Positions 16,256 to 24,547 of a stretch of 35,263 nucleotides of DNA are shown piece by piece. The DNA is from an uncultured Gammaproteobacteria bacterium (GTDB lineage: Bacteria > Patescibacteriota > Microgenomatia > UBA12405 > JAHJSD01), in contig CAYYDT010000001.1 in the NCBI GenBank assembly GCA_964470705.1, forward strand, positions 28,058 through 63,320, in the 5' to 3' direction. The stretch's first letter is position 1. Every line of letters starts with the position of its first letter. Below the pieces are notes generated by a model. That model did no database searches. It saw only the letters and a program-made list of their open reading frames with translations, and was not told the origin of the DNA. A program made the position numbers and the translations under genes.

Positions 16256-17251
16256 ATGTCCGATAAAATAATCAAGGTTGAAGTATCTCACCGAACAATT
16301 GTTTTTACAGTCTTATTTCTGATTTCATTACTGTTTTTGTATGAGATCAGAACGATTCTTCTGGCTTTATTTATATCGATTATTTTGATGGCTGCTTTAA
16401 ATCCCTTAGTTGACCGGATAGAAAAATGGGGTGTTCCAAGGTGGTTAGGGATAATCTTTATTTTTTTACTGATATTAGCCGGGATTATTGGGCCGGTAGC
16501 AAGTTTAATTCCTGCCTTAATTGACCAAACTGAAAAATTAGTTAGTTCAATTTTAGGCCTGGCAGATGAGCTGGCGGTTTTTGGCATATCTTCGGACGTT
16601 GTGCGCCAGCAGTTAAGAGAATTAGGGGGATTACCTTCCCAGATAGTTAAATTGTCGGTTTCAATTGTTTCTAATATCGTTTCAGTAATCGGAATTTTTA
16701 TTATGACTTTTTATTTGCTTCTGGAAAGAACCAATTTAGAAAAAATTATAGTTTACCTTTTTGGCGTAAACGGTAAAGATAGGGCAGAAGCCGTTGTTGA
16801 TAAATTAGAACACCGGTTGGGCGGATGGGTAAGAACTCAATTTTTGCTAATGACAATCATCGGTGTTTTAAGTTATATCGGCTTTATTATTGTCGGCCTT
16901 GATTTTGCTTTACCTTTAGCAATAACTGCTGGTATATTGGAACTATTTATTTACGTTGGACCACTAATTATTGCCCTCTTGTCCTTTTTGGTTGGTCTTA
17001 TCCAATCGCCTTTGATTGGATTTATGGCTCTTGGGTGGAGTGTTTTTATTCAACAATTGGAAAATAATATAATCGTCCCGCAGTTAATGAAAAAAACTTT
17101 GGGGGTTAATCCATTGGTCACTTTAATTGCTCTAGCTATCGGCTTTAAATTAGCGGGGATTGCCGGTGCGATACTTTCCTTACCGGTTTACTTAACGATA
17201 GAAGTTTTAGCTAAAGAATTTCTTCCTTTGAAAAGAAAACAGGGTGAGTAA
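16256..17251 (+). CDS. AI-2E family (PerM/UPF0118) membrane transporter
   Basis: 331 aa, about 8 TM segments, with the family-typical C-terminal block NNIIVPQLMKKTLGVNPLV. Confidence 0.75.
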   Translation: MSDKIIKVEVSHRTIVFTVLFLISLLFLYEIRTILLALFISIILMAALNPLVDRIEKWGVPRWLGIIFIFLLILAGIIGPVASLIPALIDQTEKLVSSILGLADELAVFGISSDVVRQQLRELGGLPSQIVKLSVSIVSNIVSVIGIFIMTFYLLLERTNLEKIIVYLFGVNGKDRAEAVVDKLEHRLGGWVRTQFLLMTIIGVLSYIGFIIVGLDFALPLAITAGILELFIYVGPLIIALLSFLVGLIQSPLIGFMALGWSVFIQQLENNIIVPQLMKKTLGVNPLVTLIALAIGFKLAGIAGAILSLPVYLTIEVLAKEFLPLKRKQGE

Positions 17252-17511
17252 GCCAGATTCTGTTGCCTCAGACTTTGCTTAGGCTAGTTCATTTATCTAT
17301 GCTCTCTACCTGGCCATTATCCTAGTACCTTGCGGTACACGGCTTGGGGAAGGCGCCCTGGCCGATTTGAGATTGCTCAGGGGAGGGTTGCCGCGTTTCA
17401 CATTTCTCGTCTCTGTGGCCCTATCTCTTCCCTGCCTTCGTGAGTCTGGACTTTCCTCCCGCCGCATTTTTCTCAAAAGAGAAGTTTAGGCGGGCGAACT
17501 ATCTCACCCTG
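17240..17511 (-). ncRNA. rnpB: RNase P RNA (bacterial), compact ~272 nt
   Basis: Minus strand has P1 CAGGGTGAG...CTCACCCTG, the universal P4 blocks GGGAGGAAAGTCCAGACTCA and ACAGAATCTGGCTTA, and AGATAAATGA. GC-rich compared with its flanks. Confidence 0.85.
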
Positions 17512-17517
17512 TTGTTT

Positions 17518-17526
17518 ATTATATCA
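17518..17526 (-). promoter_or_regulatory. perfect extended -10 (TGATATAAT on minus strand) 6 nt upstream of the rnpB 5' end
   Basis: Reverse complement of 17518-17526. The predicted start coincides with the first base of P1. Confidence 0.55.
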
Positions 17527-17544
17527 TAATAAAACTTATTATTC

Positions 17545-17694
17545 TTACTCAGCCTTAACAAATTTAAACATCTTTGTTCCGCAATCTGGACAAGATGCCT
17601 TAACGTAAGGTCTTCCGTTTTTAGCTGTTCCGCGTTCGACATTAAAATCTTCAACTTCTTTTTTTTCTCGACACTTAACACAGTAAAAAGTCAT
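17545..17694 (-). CDS. 49-aa zinc-ribbon protein (resembles the DUF5679 family); absent from ORF track
   Basis: MTFYCVKCREKKEVEDFNVERGTAKNGRPYVKASCPDCGTKMFKFVKAE with two CxxC pairs. GGAGGTGA SD 7 nt upstream. Confidence 0.7.
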   Translation of the reverse strand: MTFYCVKCREKKEVEDFNVERGTAKNGRPYVKASCPDCGTKMFKFVKAE

Positions 17695-17786
17695 TTATGT
17701 ATTTCACCTCCTTTCTCCTTGGCAGGAGTAGATAACAGGCACAATATATCACACTTTAGGTACGTAATGCAAGTAGGGACAGGTTA

Positions 17787-17816
17787 TTGACAGGAACCTG
17801 TTATCAACTGTAGAAT
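17787..17816 (+). promoter_or_regulatory. putative promoter TTGACA-N18-TAGAAT with CCTGTTATC half-site in the spacer
   Basis: -35 at 17787-17792 and -10 at 17811-17816. Inverted partner GATAACAGG at 17731-17739. Local hairpin ACAGGTT...AACCTGT. Confidence 0.45.
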
Positions 17817-17825
17817 TAGTCAACA

Positions 17826-18242
17826 GTGGAGACGAGGGTATTTCTGGTAATTATCGCAGTCTGGAATATTAGTATTTCATATTTGATTTGGCGGATAGCA
17901 AGGGAATTTAAAACCTTAACTCATGGATTGGACAAGAAGAACTTGAACAAAACTTTGGGGACTTTAAAAGAACAAGATGTCAAGATAAATCAACTCGAAG
18001 ACAAATATAAAGTTTGTTTCCAGAAGTCGAGTTTAGTAAAATATAATCCCTATTCAGAGTTAGGAGGCGAGCAAAGTTTTTCCTTGGCCTTGCTTGATGA
18101 CCAGAATAAAGGTATAGTAATAACCAGCTTGCATGGAAGACAATCAACGCGGGTATATACAAAAGTGATTGGTAGTGATAAAGTAAAGTTATCAAAAGAG
18201 GAAGAAAAAGCAGTTAAGCAAGCCTCGATAAAAAAATCATGA
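17826..18242 (+). CDS. DUF4446-like membrane-anchored protein
   Basis: N-terminal TM helix and the conserved block YNPYSELGGEQSFSLALLDDQNKGIVITSLHGR. GTG start. Confidence 0.6.
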   Translation: METRVFLVIIAVWNISISYLIWRIAREFKTLTHGLDKKNLNKTLGTLKEQDVKINQLEDKYKVCFQKSSLVKYNPYSELGGEQSFSLALLDDQNKGIVITSLHGRQSTRVYTKVIGSDKVKLSKEEEKAVKQASIKKS

Positions 18243-19441
18243 ACTTAAGTAAAAATTTAAAAATTGGCTTAATCGGTTTCGGCGTATATATGTTGGTTAC
18301 CGGTATTTCGTTTGCTGTTTTTTCTCAGACCAGAGAGGCCAGTCCGATTACTTCACCAGTTATTGTTGATAATGATCCGGACAGACAAACTTCATTTGAG
18401 GGTCCCAAAACGGCGGTTTGTCCAATAAATGGCGCTTTATACACAGAAGACCAGCAGGCGATCTGGCAAACAAGACATCCCTTGTTAGTAATGATTGAAA
18501 ACCACCAAGATTCACGGCCGCAGTCTGGATTGTCACGGGCAGATTTAATTTATGAAGCGGTTGCTGAAGGAGGAATTACTCGTTTAATGGCGGTTTATTA
18601 TTGTCAGGCAACTGAACCTTATGAACGTCAGTATGACCTTGGTCCGGTAAGGTCAGCCAGGACCTATTTTCTTGACTGGGCATCTGAATATAGCGATTAT
18701 CCCCTTTATGTTCATGTTGGCGGCGCTCACTGTAGTCCTGATCCGGCTACTGGTAGATGTTTATCTGATTCCCGTGTTCAAGCTCTGGAGCAAATTAGCC
18801 AGTATGGTTGGCTTGATTCCCAAAACCACAGTGATCTAAACCAATTTGCTTTGTCTTATCAACAGTGTCGGCGGGAGCCGGAAAGAACCGGGGAGGCTAA
18901 AGCAACTGAACACACTATGTATTGTGATTCTAACAATTTATGGCAGGTAGCTGAAGAAAGGGGATTTGAAGGTGGATGGCGTGAACAGTTTGTCTCTTGG
19001 AAATTTAAAGACGATGCAGATGAAAGCAGCCGAGGCGATGTTGAAAAAATTGACTTTAATTTCTGGCAGGGTTACAGCGCATACCAGGTGACCTGGGAGT
19101 ATAATCCGGATACCAATAATTATCTTCGCTACAACGGCGGTGAGCCCCATGTTGATTTTCTTAACAACGAACAATTAGAGGCAAAAGCGGTTATTGTTCA
19201 ATTTACCCAGGAGGTTGGTCCTGTTGATGAACTTAAGCATTTATTTTACCAAACCATTGGTAGTGGTGAGGCGATAATTTTTCAAGACGGTGAAGCAATA
19301 AAGGCTAATTGGTCCAAAGACGATCGCCAATCAAGAACGATTTATACCGATAGTGCCGGTGAGGAGATTGAGTTTAACCGTGGCAAAATTTGGGTTGAAA
19401 TCCTGCCCCTTGGAAATAAAGTTGACTATGAATCCACTTAA
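18239..19441 (+). CDS. DUF3048 (YerB-like) exported protein
   Basis: N-terminal TM/signal anchor and the hallmark block PLLVMIENHQDSRPQSGLSRADLIYEAVAEGGITRLMAVY. ATGA overlap with the upstream gene. Confidence 0.65.
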   Translation: MNLSKNLKIGLIGFGVYMLVTGISFAVFSQTREASPITSPVIVDNDPDRQTSFEGPKTAVCPINGALYTEDQQAIWQTRHPLLVMIENHQDSRPQSGLSRADLIYEAVAEGGITRLMAVYYCQATEPYERQYDLGPVRSARTYFLDWASEYSDYPLYVHVGGAHCSPDPATGRCLSDSRVQALEQISQYGWLDSQNHSDLNQFALSYQQCRREPERTGEAKATEHTMYCDSNNLWQVAEERGFEGGWREQFVSWKFKDDADESSRGDVEKIDFNFWQGYSAYQVTWEYNPDTNNYLRYNGGEPHVDFLNNEQLEAKAVIVQFTQEVGPVDELKHLFYQTIGSGEAIIFQDGEAIKANWSKDDRQSRTIYTDSAGEEIEFNRGKIWVEILPLGNKVDYEST

Positions 19442-20021
19442 TTCCATCAAAAAGATTATTGTTTCTGAGTCAAGGATTAAACTTCTTCAGGAGTTGTATT
19501 ACCAGCCGAATGATATGTTTTATATTCGTCAGTTAACGCGAATGACAGGTGAAAAACTTAATTCGGTTCGCAGGGAACTTAAGAATCTTGACCAGGCAGG
19601 AATTCTGGAAAGTGAATGGCGGGCAAACAAGCGCTTTTATTGGGTAAACCCCAATCACGTATTTTATCAAGAACTGCTTGGTATGGTGATGAAGACTAAA
19701 GGTTTAGGCAAGGACCTTATCAACAATGAAAAAAAATTAGGCCAAATAAAATACGCGATTTTTTCAGGTAAGTTCGGGAGAGACATTGATCCGGAAGGTG
19801 AAGAAATAGAAGTCTTAATTGTCGGTCAGGTGGTTCTGCCTGAGTTAGGCGTTTTAGTAAGAAAAGAGGAAGAACACCGCGGCCGGGAAATTAATTATAC
19901 GGTAATGGAAGTTGACGAGTTTAATTACCGGAAAAAAAACCGAGATCCCTTTTTAACTGAAATTCTTTTGCAAAGCCGGATAATGATTATCGGCGATGAG
20001 CAGAAAATGGCAGCTTCCTAA
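19428..20021 (+). CDS. winged-helix (ArsR-like) transcriptional regulator with C-terminal domain of unknown function
   Basis: The region RIKLLQELYYQP...YIRQLTRMTGEKLNSVRRELKNLDQAGIL fits an HTH plus wing. ATG at 19428 overlaps the end of the DUF3048 gene. Confidence 0.55.
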   Translation: MNPLNSIKKIIVSESRIKLLQELYYQPNDMFYIRQLTRMTGEKLNSVRRELKNLDQAGILESEWRANKRFYWVNPNHVFYQELLGMVMKTKGLGKDLINNEKKLGQIKYAIFSGKFGRDIDPEGEEIEVLIVGQVVLPELGVLVRKEEEHRGREINYTVMEVDEFNYRKKNRDPFLTEILLQSRIMIIGDEQKMAAS

Positions 20022-20027
20022 AATTAT

Positions 20028-21413
20028 TTACTCATTTGCCATTTGGCGTAAGCGCTTAAGTAGGTATTGACGAGTGTTTTTATCTTTTTCATCTTTTACT
20101 TCTTCAAAAAGGGTTTCCAAAATTTGACCAACTTTAGGTCCGGGTGAGATACCCAAAACCTTCATGACATCAGTGCCATTAATTTTTATATCCTTAACAG
20201 AAAACGGTCTTTTTTGAACTTCTTTAAGCCTTTTTTTAAATAATTCTGTCCGCCAGGAAGTAGCTGGGGCCCCGGATCCCAGCCTGTCCCCAGTTCTAAT
20301 ATCAATTATGTCGTCCAAGTTATTTTTACCGACCCTCCTAATAAACCTTCTTATTGCCGAATCAGACAAATTTTCGTCAGGGGCGAATTGATGCCACCTA
20401 ACCAGCCGCCAAAGTTTATCAACTTGGTCGTTGGCCAGCCTCAGCCGGCGGCCGATCTTTTTAGCTATTGCTGCTCCAACAACTTCATGGTTGTAAAAAG
20501 TTCTTTCCTCCCCGGTACCCTTGACCGTAACTGGTTTGCCGACGTCATGCAGCAGGGCGGCTAAACGGACGACCGGATCCTTGGATGGGCAGTAGCGCAG
20601 ACAATCTAAACAGTGTGTCCAGACACTGCTAATGTGGTGCTTCGGCTGGTCAATTCCTTTTCCCTTGATTAACTCCGGCATTATATACTCTAATAAACCG
20701 GCATTGTAAACCAAAATTATCCCGTCTGCCGGACGGTCGCTAGAAATCAGTTTGAGGATTTCGTCCCTTATTCTTTCCCAGGCAATATTCTTTATTAGTC
20801 CGGAATTTTTTTGAATAGATTTAAAAGTTTTATTTTCAATAATAAATCCGAGTTGAGTGGCAATTCTAACTGCTCGAAGCAAGCGGAGGGCGTCTTCCCG
20901 GAAACGCTCATCAGGATCGCCGACCGCCCTGATAATTTTATTTTTTAAATCTTCTAAACCGCCGTGAGGATCAATAATTTTTCGGATTTCGGATTTAGTA
21001 TCTTGGATTTTCATATTAAGGGCAATTGCATTAATAGTAAAATCCCGCCGGGAAAGATCTTCTTCTATTGTTTTACCCCATTCCACTTCACCAGGGTGGC
21101 GAAAATCCTGGTATTCTTTTTCAGTCCGGTAAGTTGTAACTTCAAAAACCTGCTTTTTGCTTTTACCAAGAACAATACTTACTGTTCCAAATTCATTGTT
21201 ATAAAAATGGTTTTTGGGGAACATTGCTTGCATTTGGTTTGGTAAAGCACTGGTAGCGAAATCCCAATCATTTATCGGGTAATCAGTTAATAAACCGCGG
21301 CTGGTGCCGCCAACGATGTAAATTTCAAAATCCTTTTTTTGAAATTTTTCGATAAGTTTGGTAACGTTTTTCGGTAGATTAATAGTATCGCCGATTTGGT
21401 AGTTTATTTTCAC
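20028..21413 (-). CDS. cca: CCA-adding tRNA nucleotidyltransferase with HD domain
   Basis: 461 aa. Pol-beta head (YIVGGTSRGLL, DWDFAT), RRDFTINA, HD motif LLHDVGKP. GTG start. Confidence 0.85.
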   Translation of the reverse strand: MKINYQIGDTINLPKNVTKLIEKFQKKDFEIYIVGGTSRGLLTDYPINDWDFATSALPNQMQAMFPKNHFYNNEFGTVSIVLGKSKKQVFEVTTYRTEKEYQDFRHPGEVEWGKTIEEDLSRRDFTINAIALNMKIQDTKSEIRKIIDPHGGLEDLKNKIIRAVGDPDERFREDALRLLRAVRIATQLGFIIENKTFKSIQKNSGLIKNIAWERIRDEILKLISSDRPADGIILVYNAGLLEYIMPELIKGKGIDQPKHHISSVWTHCLDCLRYCPSKDPVVRLAALLHDVGKPVTVKGTGEERTFYNHEVVGAAIAKKIGRRLRLANDQVDKLWRLVRWHQFAPDENLSDSAIRRFIRRVGKNNLDDIIDIRTGDRLGSGAPATSWRTELFKKRLKEVQKRPFSVKDIKINGTDVMKVLGISPGPKVGQILETLFEEVKDEKDKNTRQYLLKRLRQMANE

Positions 21414-21431
21414 TTCTCTTTCCTTTCTAAT

Positions 21432-21467
21432 CCCTCGAACTTCTCGAGCCTCTCGAGCCTCTCGAAC
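21432..21467. repeat. four tandem 9-nt units with TCGA core (cctcgaact tctcgagcc tctcgagcc tctcgaacc)
   Basis: TCGA at 21434, 21443, 21452 and 21461. Lies in the divergent cca/recJ spacer and ends 3 nt before TGTTAATAT. Confidence 0.85.
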
Positions 21468-21470
21468 CTC

Positions 21471-21479
21471 ATGTTAATA
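21471..21479 (+). promoter_or_regulatory. extended -10 box TGTTAATAT, 10 nt before the recJ ATG
   Basis: TGnTAATAT with no SD before the ATG at 21490. Confidence 0.45.
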
Positions 21480-21489
21480 TATTATAGCA

Positions 21490-23154
21490 ATGAAATATTC
21501 CTGGACCAGAAAATACAACAAAAAAGTAACCAAAGCTGATTCGCCGAGTCGAATTTTAAAAATACTAGCTGCCAACAGGGGGATTGACGCTGATCAAATT
21601 AAACCGTTTATAAAACCTGATCGTCCAAAAAAGTTTTCTGCTTCTCAAGTTGGTATTGACGAAGATGAACTACAAAAAGCAGTTAGATTAATAAAAAAAA
21701 CTGGTAAGAAAAAGAAAATAATTATTTATGGTGATTACGATATAGACGGCTTAACCGGAACAGCTATTCTTTGGGAAGCGCTTTGGCGGAAAGGCTACAA
21801 TGTTTTACCTTATATTCCCAACCGGGATGTCGGTTACGGCTTGAAAAAAGAATCACTTTCAAATTTATTGAAAACCCATCCGGATTTAGAAATGGTTATT
21901 ACTGTTGATAATGGTATTGTTGCTTACCAGGCAGTTAACTTTGCCAAAAAGCAAGGTTTAAAGGTAATTATTACTGATCATCATTTAAGATCCGGCCGAA
22001 AATTAAAATCAGATGCAGTTGTTCATACAACAGCAATCGCCGGTTGTGGAGTGGCTTGGTTTCTGGCTAGAGAGTTTGGTTATCAACTTATTGATTTGGC
22101 GGCAATCGGGACAATCGGGGATTTACTTCCGGTTATTGGTCCAAACAGAAGTTTTGTAAAATTTGGCTTAGATGAACTAGCCAGGTCTAACAGGCCAGGA
22201 ATCAGGGCTTTAAAAAAGGTTTCTGGTCTGGAAATCGGCCGGGAATTAATGACTTGGCAGGTCTCATATTTATTGGGACCAAGGCTGAATGCCGCTGGGC
22301 GCATTTCTGACCCAATGACTGCTTTAAGACTTCTTTGTACTAAGGATGAAAAAAAGGCCTTCCGGTTAGCCCAAAAACTGGATAGTTTAAATAGTCAACG
22401 CCAGGACGTGATGCAGGACGGGGTTGATTTGGCTAAACAAATTTTAGTTCAAAAAAATGGTTTAATTCTTGCCTCCAGTCCAAAATTCCACCCTGGAATC
22501 ATTGGTTTAATCGCTGGTAAGTTGACCGAGGAGTTAAATTGTCCGGCGATAATTATTTCCGAAGGAGAAAAAATATCTAAAGCTTCTGCCCGATCAGTTT
22601 CTGGTGTAGATATAGTTAAACTAATTCGTCAATCTGAAGAAATCTTAATTGACGTTGGCGGTCACCCGATGGCAGCCGGTTTTTCTGTTGAGACCGGAAA
22701 GATAAAAAAACTTTTTCATTGTCTGCAGGTCTCAGCCAAATCGATAATTAAAAAAATTGATTTGATCCCTCGAAAAAGTTATGATTTTGAGATTGATTTT
22801 TCGTTAATAAATAAGCGTTTCTATCGCTTAATTGAAAAGTTTTCACCTTTTGGGGTTGGCAATCCAAGGCCGGTTTTTTGTTTAACAAACGCTCGTGTTG
22901 TTGATTTACAGACGGTAGGGGCTGGCAAAAACCATTTAAAGTTTTGGCTAGATGATCCGCAAACCCCCCAAATTGAACGGATTTTGTCAGAGGCCAAGTC
23001 AGATTTGACCGAGGCAATTGGCTTTCAGTGGGGAAGTTGGGCAAAGAAAATTTTGCCGGGAGATATGATAAAATTGGTTTTTGACCTCAATCTTAATACT
23101 TGGAACGGAAAAGAAAGTCTACAGTTAAAGGTTAAGGACTTGGATTTGTGTTAA
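21490..23154 (+). CDS. recJ: single-stranded-DNA-specific exonuclease RecJ
   Basis: DHH motifs (IYGDYDIDGLTG, ITVDNG, ITDHH) and the DHHA1 block GGHPMAAGF. Confidence 0.9.
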   Translation: MKYSWTRKYNKKVTKADSPSRILKILAANRGIDADQIKPFIKPDRPKKFSASQVGIDEDELQKAVRLIKKTGKKKKIIIYGDYDIDGLTGTAILWEALWRKGYNVLPYIPNRDVGYGLKKESLSNLLKTHPDLEMVITVDNGIVAYQAVNFAKKQGLKVIITDHHLRSGRKLKSDAVVHTTAIAGCGVAWFLAREFGYQLIDLAAIGTIGDLLPVIGPNRSFVKFGLDELARSNRPGIRALKKVSGLEIGRELMTWQVSYLLGPRLNAAGRISDPMTALRLLCTKDEKKAFRLAQKLDSLNSQRQDVMQDGVDLAKQILVQKNGLILASSPKFHPGIIGLIAGKLTEELNCPAIIISEGEKISKASARSVSGVDIVKLIRQSEEILIDVGGHPMAAGFSVETGKIKKLFHCLQVSAKSIIKKIDLIPRKSYDFEIDFSLINKRFYRLIEKFSPFGVGNPRPVFCLTNARVVDLQTVGAGKNHLKFWLDDPQTPQIERILSEAKSDLTEAIGFQWGSWAKKILPGDMIKLVFDLNLNTWNGKESLQLKVKDLDLC

Positions 23155-23164
23155 AATTATTACT

Positions 23165-24547
23165 ATGAAAAGAACACTCTCTTTGGAAACTGCAGATAAA
23201 GTTGGTTCAGAAGTACTTCTTTACGGTTGGGTGCACTCTATCCGCCAGCACGGCAACGTTGTCTTTGTTGATCTCCGCGACCGGTCAGGTATTGTTCAAT
23301 TAGTTGGTGATCAGCAGTTAGCTGATTTATCCAGAGAATCAGTAGTTGAAATTCAGGGTAAAGTGGTTTCAAGAGAAAAAAAGTATTTTAACAACAAGAT
23401 TAAAACCGGCCAAGTAGAAATAAAGGTAAGTCAATGCCAGTTGTTATCAAAGTCAGCCTCTTTGCCCATTGAGGTTCAGGGTGACGGTTATTTAATAAAC
23501 GAGGAATCACGTTTAAAGTACCGTTATTTGGATTTGCGCCGCTTAAGGATGCAGGAAAATATTCGTTTAAGGGCCAAAATCGCCCAAGGTTTTCGCCATG
23601 AGTTGATTAAGCTGGATTTTACTGAAATTGAAACCCCTTTGCTTACCAAATCAACACCGGAAGGAGCAAGAGACTTTTTAGTGCCGTCGAGATTACAGCC
23701 GGGCAAGTTCTATGCATTGCCCCAATCACCTCAGCAGTATAAGCAGTTATTAATGGTTGCTGGGTTTGAACGTTATTTTCAACTTGCCAGGTGTTTAAGA
23801 GATGAAGATTTAAGATCAAACAGGAGCAATGAGTTTACCCAGGTTGATATTGAAATGTCGTTTATGGACCGGGACGAAATTTTAGAATTAATTGAATCAG
23901 TAATTATCAATGTCTATCAAAATTTAGGTTTTGAGTTTAAGCAAATTCCTTTTCCAAGGATAGATTATCACCAGGCGCTGAAAAAATACGGCGATGACAA
24001 GTTTGATTTGCGGACAAAAAGTGAAAAAGAAGAGGGTATTCTTGCGTTTAGCTGGGTAATTGACTTTCCTTTGTTTGAGAAAACCGAAACCAGAAGTTTA
24101 AATCCAATGCACCACCCGTTTACTGCCCCGAATCCTAAAGATATTGATTTACTTAATAAAAGCCCAGAAAAAGTAAGGTCTTGGCAGTATGACTTGATTT
24201 GCAATGGCCAGGAAGTAGGTGGCGGAAGTGTCCGCATTACAGACCAGAAAATTCAAAAAAAGATATTTGAAATTTTAGGCCACAATCAAGATGAAATTGA
24301 GGAAAAGTTTGGTCATTTACTCAATGCCTTTAATTTTGGCGTGCCGCCGCATGGGGGAATAGCCCTCGGACTTTTTCGACTGGTGATGGCGGCCACCGAG
24401 GAAAAGTCTTTAAAAGAAGTGGTTGCTTTTCCTCCTTTGGCGTCGGGAAAAACAGCAGTAATGAATGCACCGAGCATGGTAAGCAAAGAACAACTGCGAG
24501 AATTAGGTATTCAACTTCAACCCGATTTAGAAAAAAATGAGAATTAA
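23165..24547 (+). CDS. aspS: aspartate-tRNA ligase, bacterial-type core lacking the GAD insertion
   Basis: OB anticodon-binding N-terminus. Motif 2 region PEGARDFLVPSR...FYALPQSPQQYKQLLM...FQLARCLRDEDLRSNRSNEFTQVDIEMSF, and motif 3 GGIALGLFRL. Only 460 aa. Confidence 0.9.
   Translation: MKRTLSLETADKVGSEVLLYGWVHSIRQHGNVVFVDLRDRSGIVQLVGDQQLADLSRESVVEIQGKVVSREKKYFNNKIKTGQVEIKVSQCQLLSKSASLPIEVQGDGYLINEESRLKYRYLDLRRLRMQENIRLRAKIAQGFRHELIKLDFTEIETPLLTKSTPEGARDFLVPSRLQPGKFYALPQSPQQYKQLLMVAGFERYFQLARCLRDEDLRSNRSNEFTQVDIEMSFMDRDEILELIESVIINVYQNLGFEFKQIPFPRIDYHQALKKYGDDKFDLRTKSEKEEGILAFSWVIDFPLFEKTETRSLNPMHHPFTAPNPKDIDLLNKSPEKVRSWQYDLICNGQEVGGGSVRITDQKIQKKIFEILGHNQDEIEEKFGHLLNAFNFGVPPHGGIALGLFRLVMAATEEKSLKEVVAFPPLASGKTAVMNAPSMVSKEQLRELGIQLQPDLEKNEN

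Noticed and set aside
17499-17681. 60-aa minus-strand ORF
   Set aside because: It overlaps the rnpB 5' end and is out of frame with the better-supported 49-aa zinc-ribbon gene, which has a GGAGGTGA SD and two CxxC pairs.
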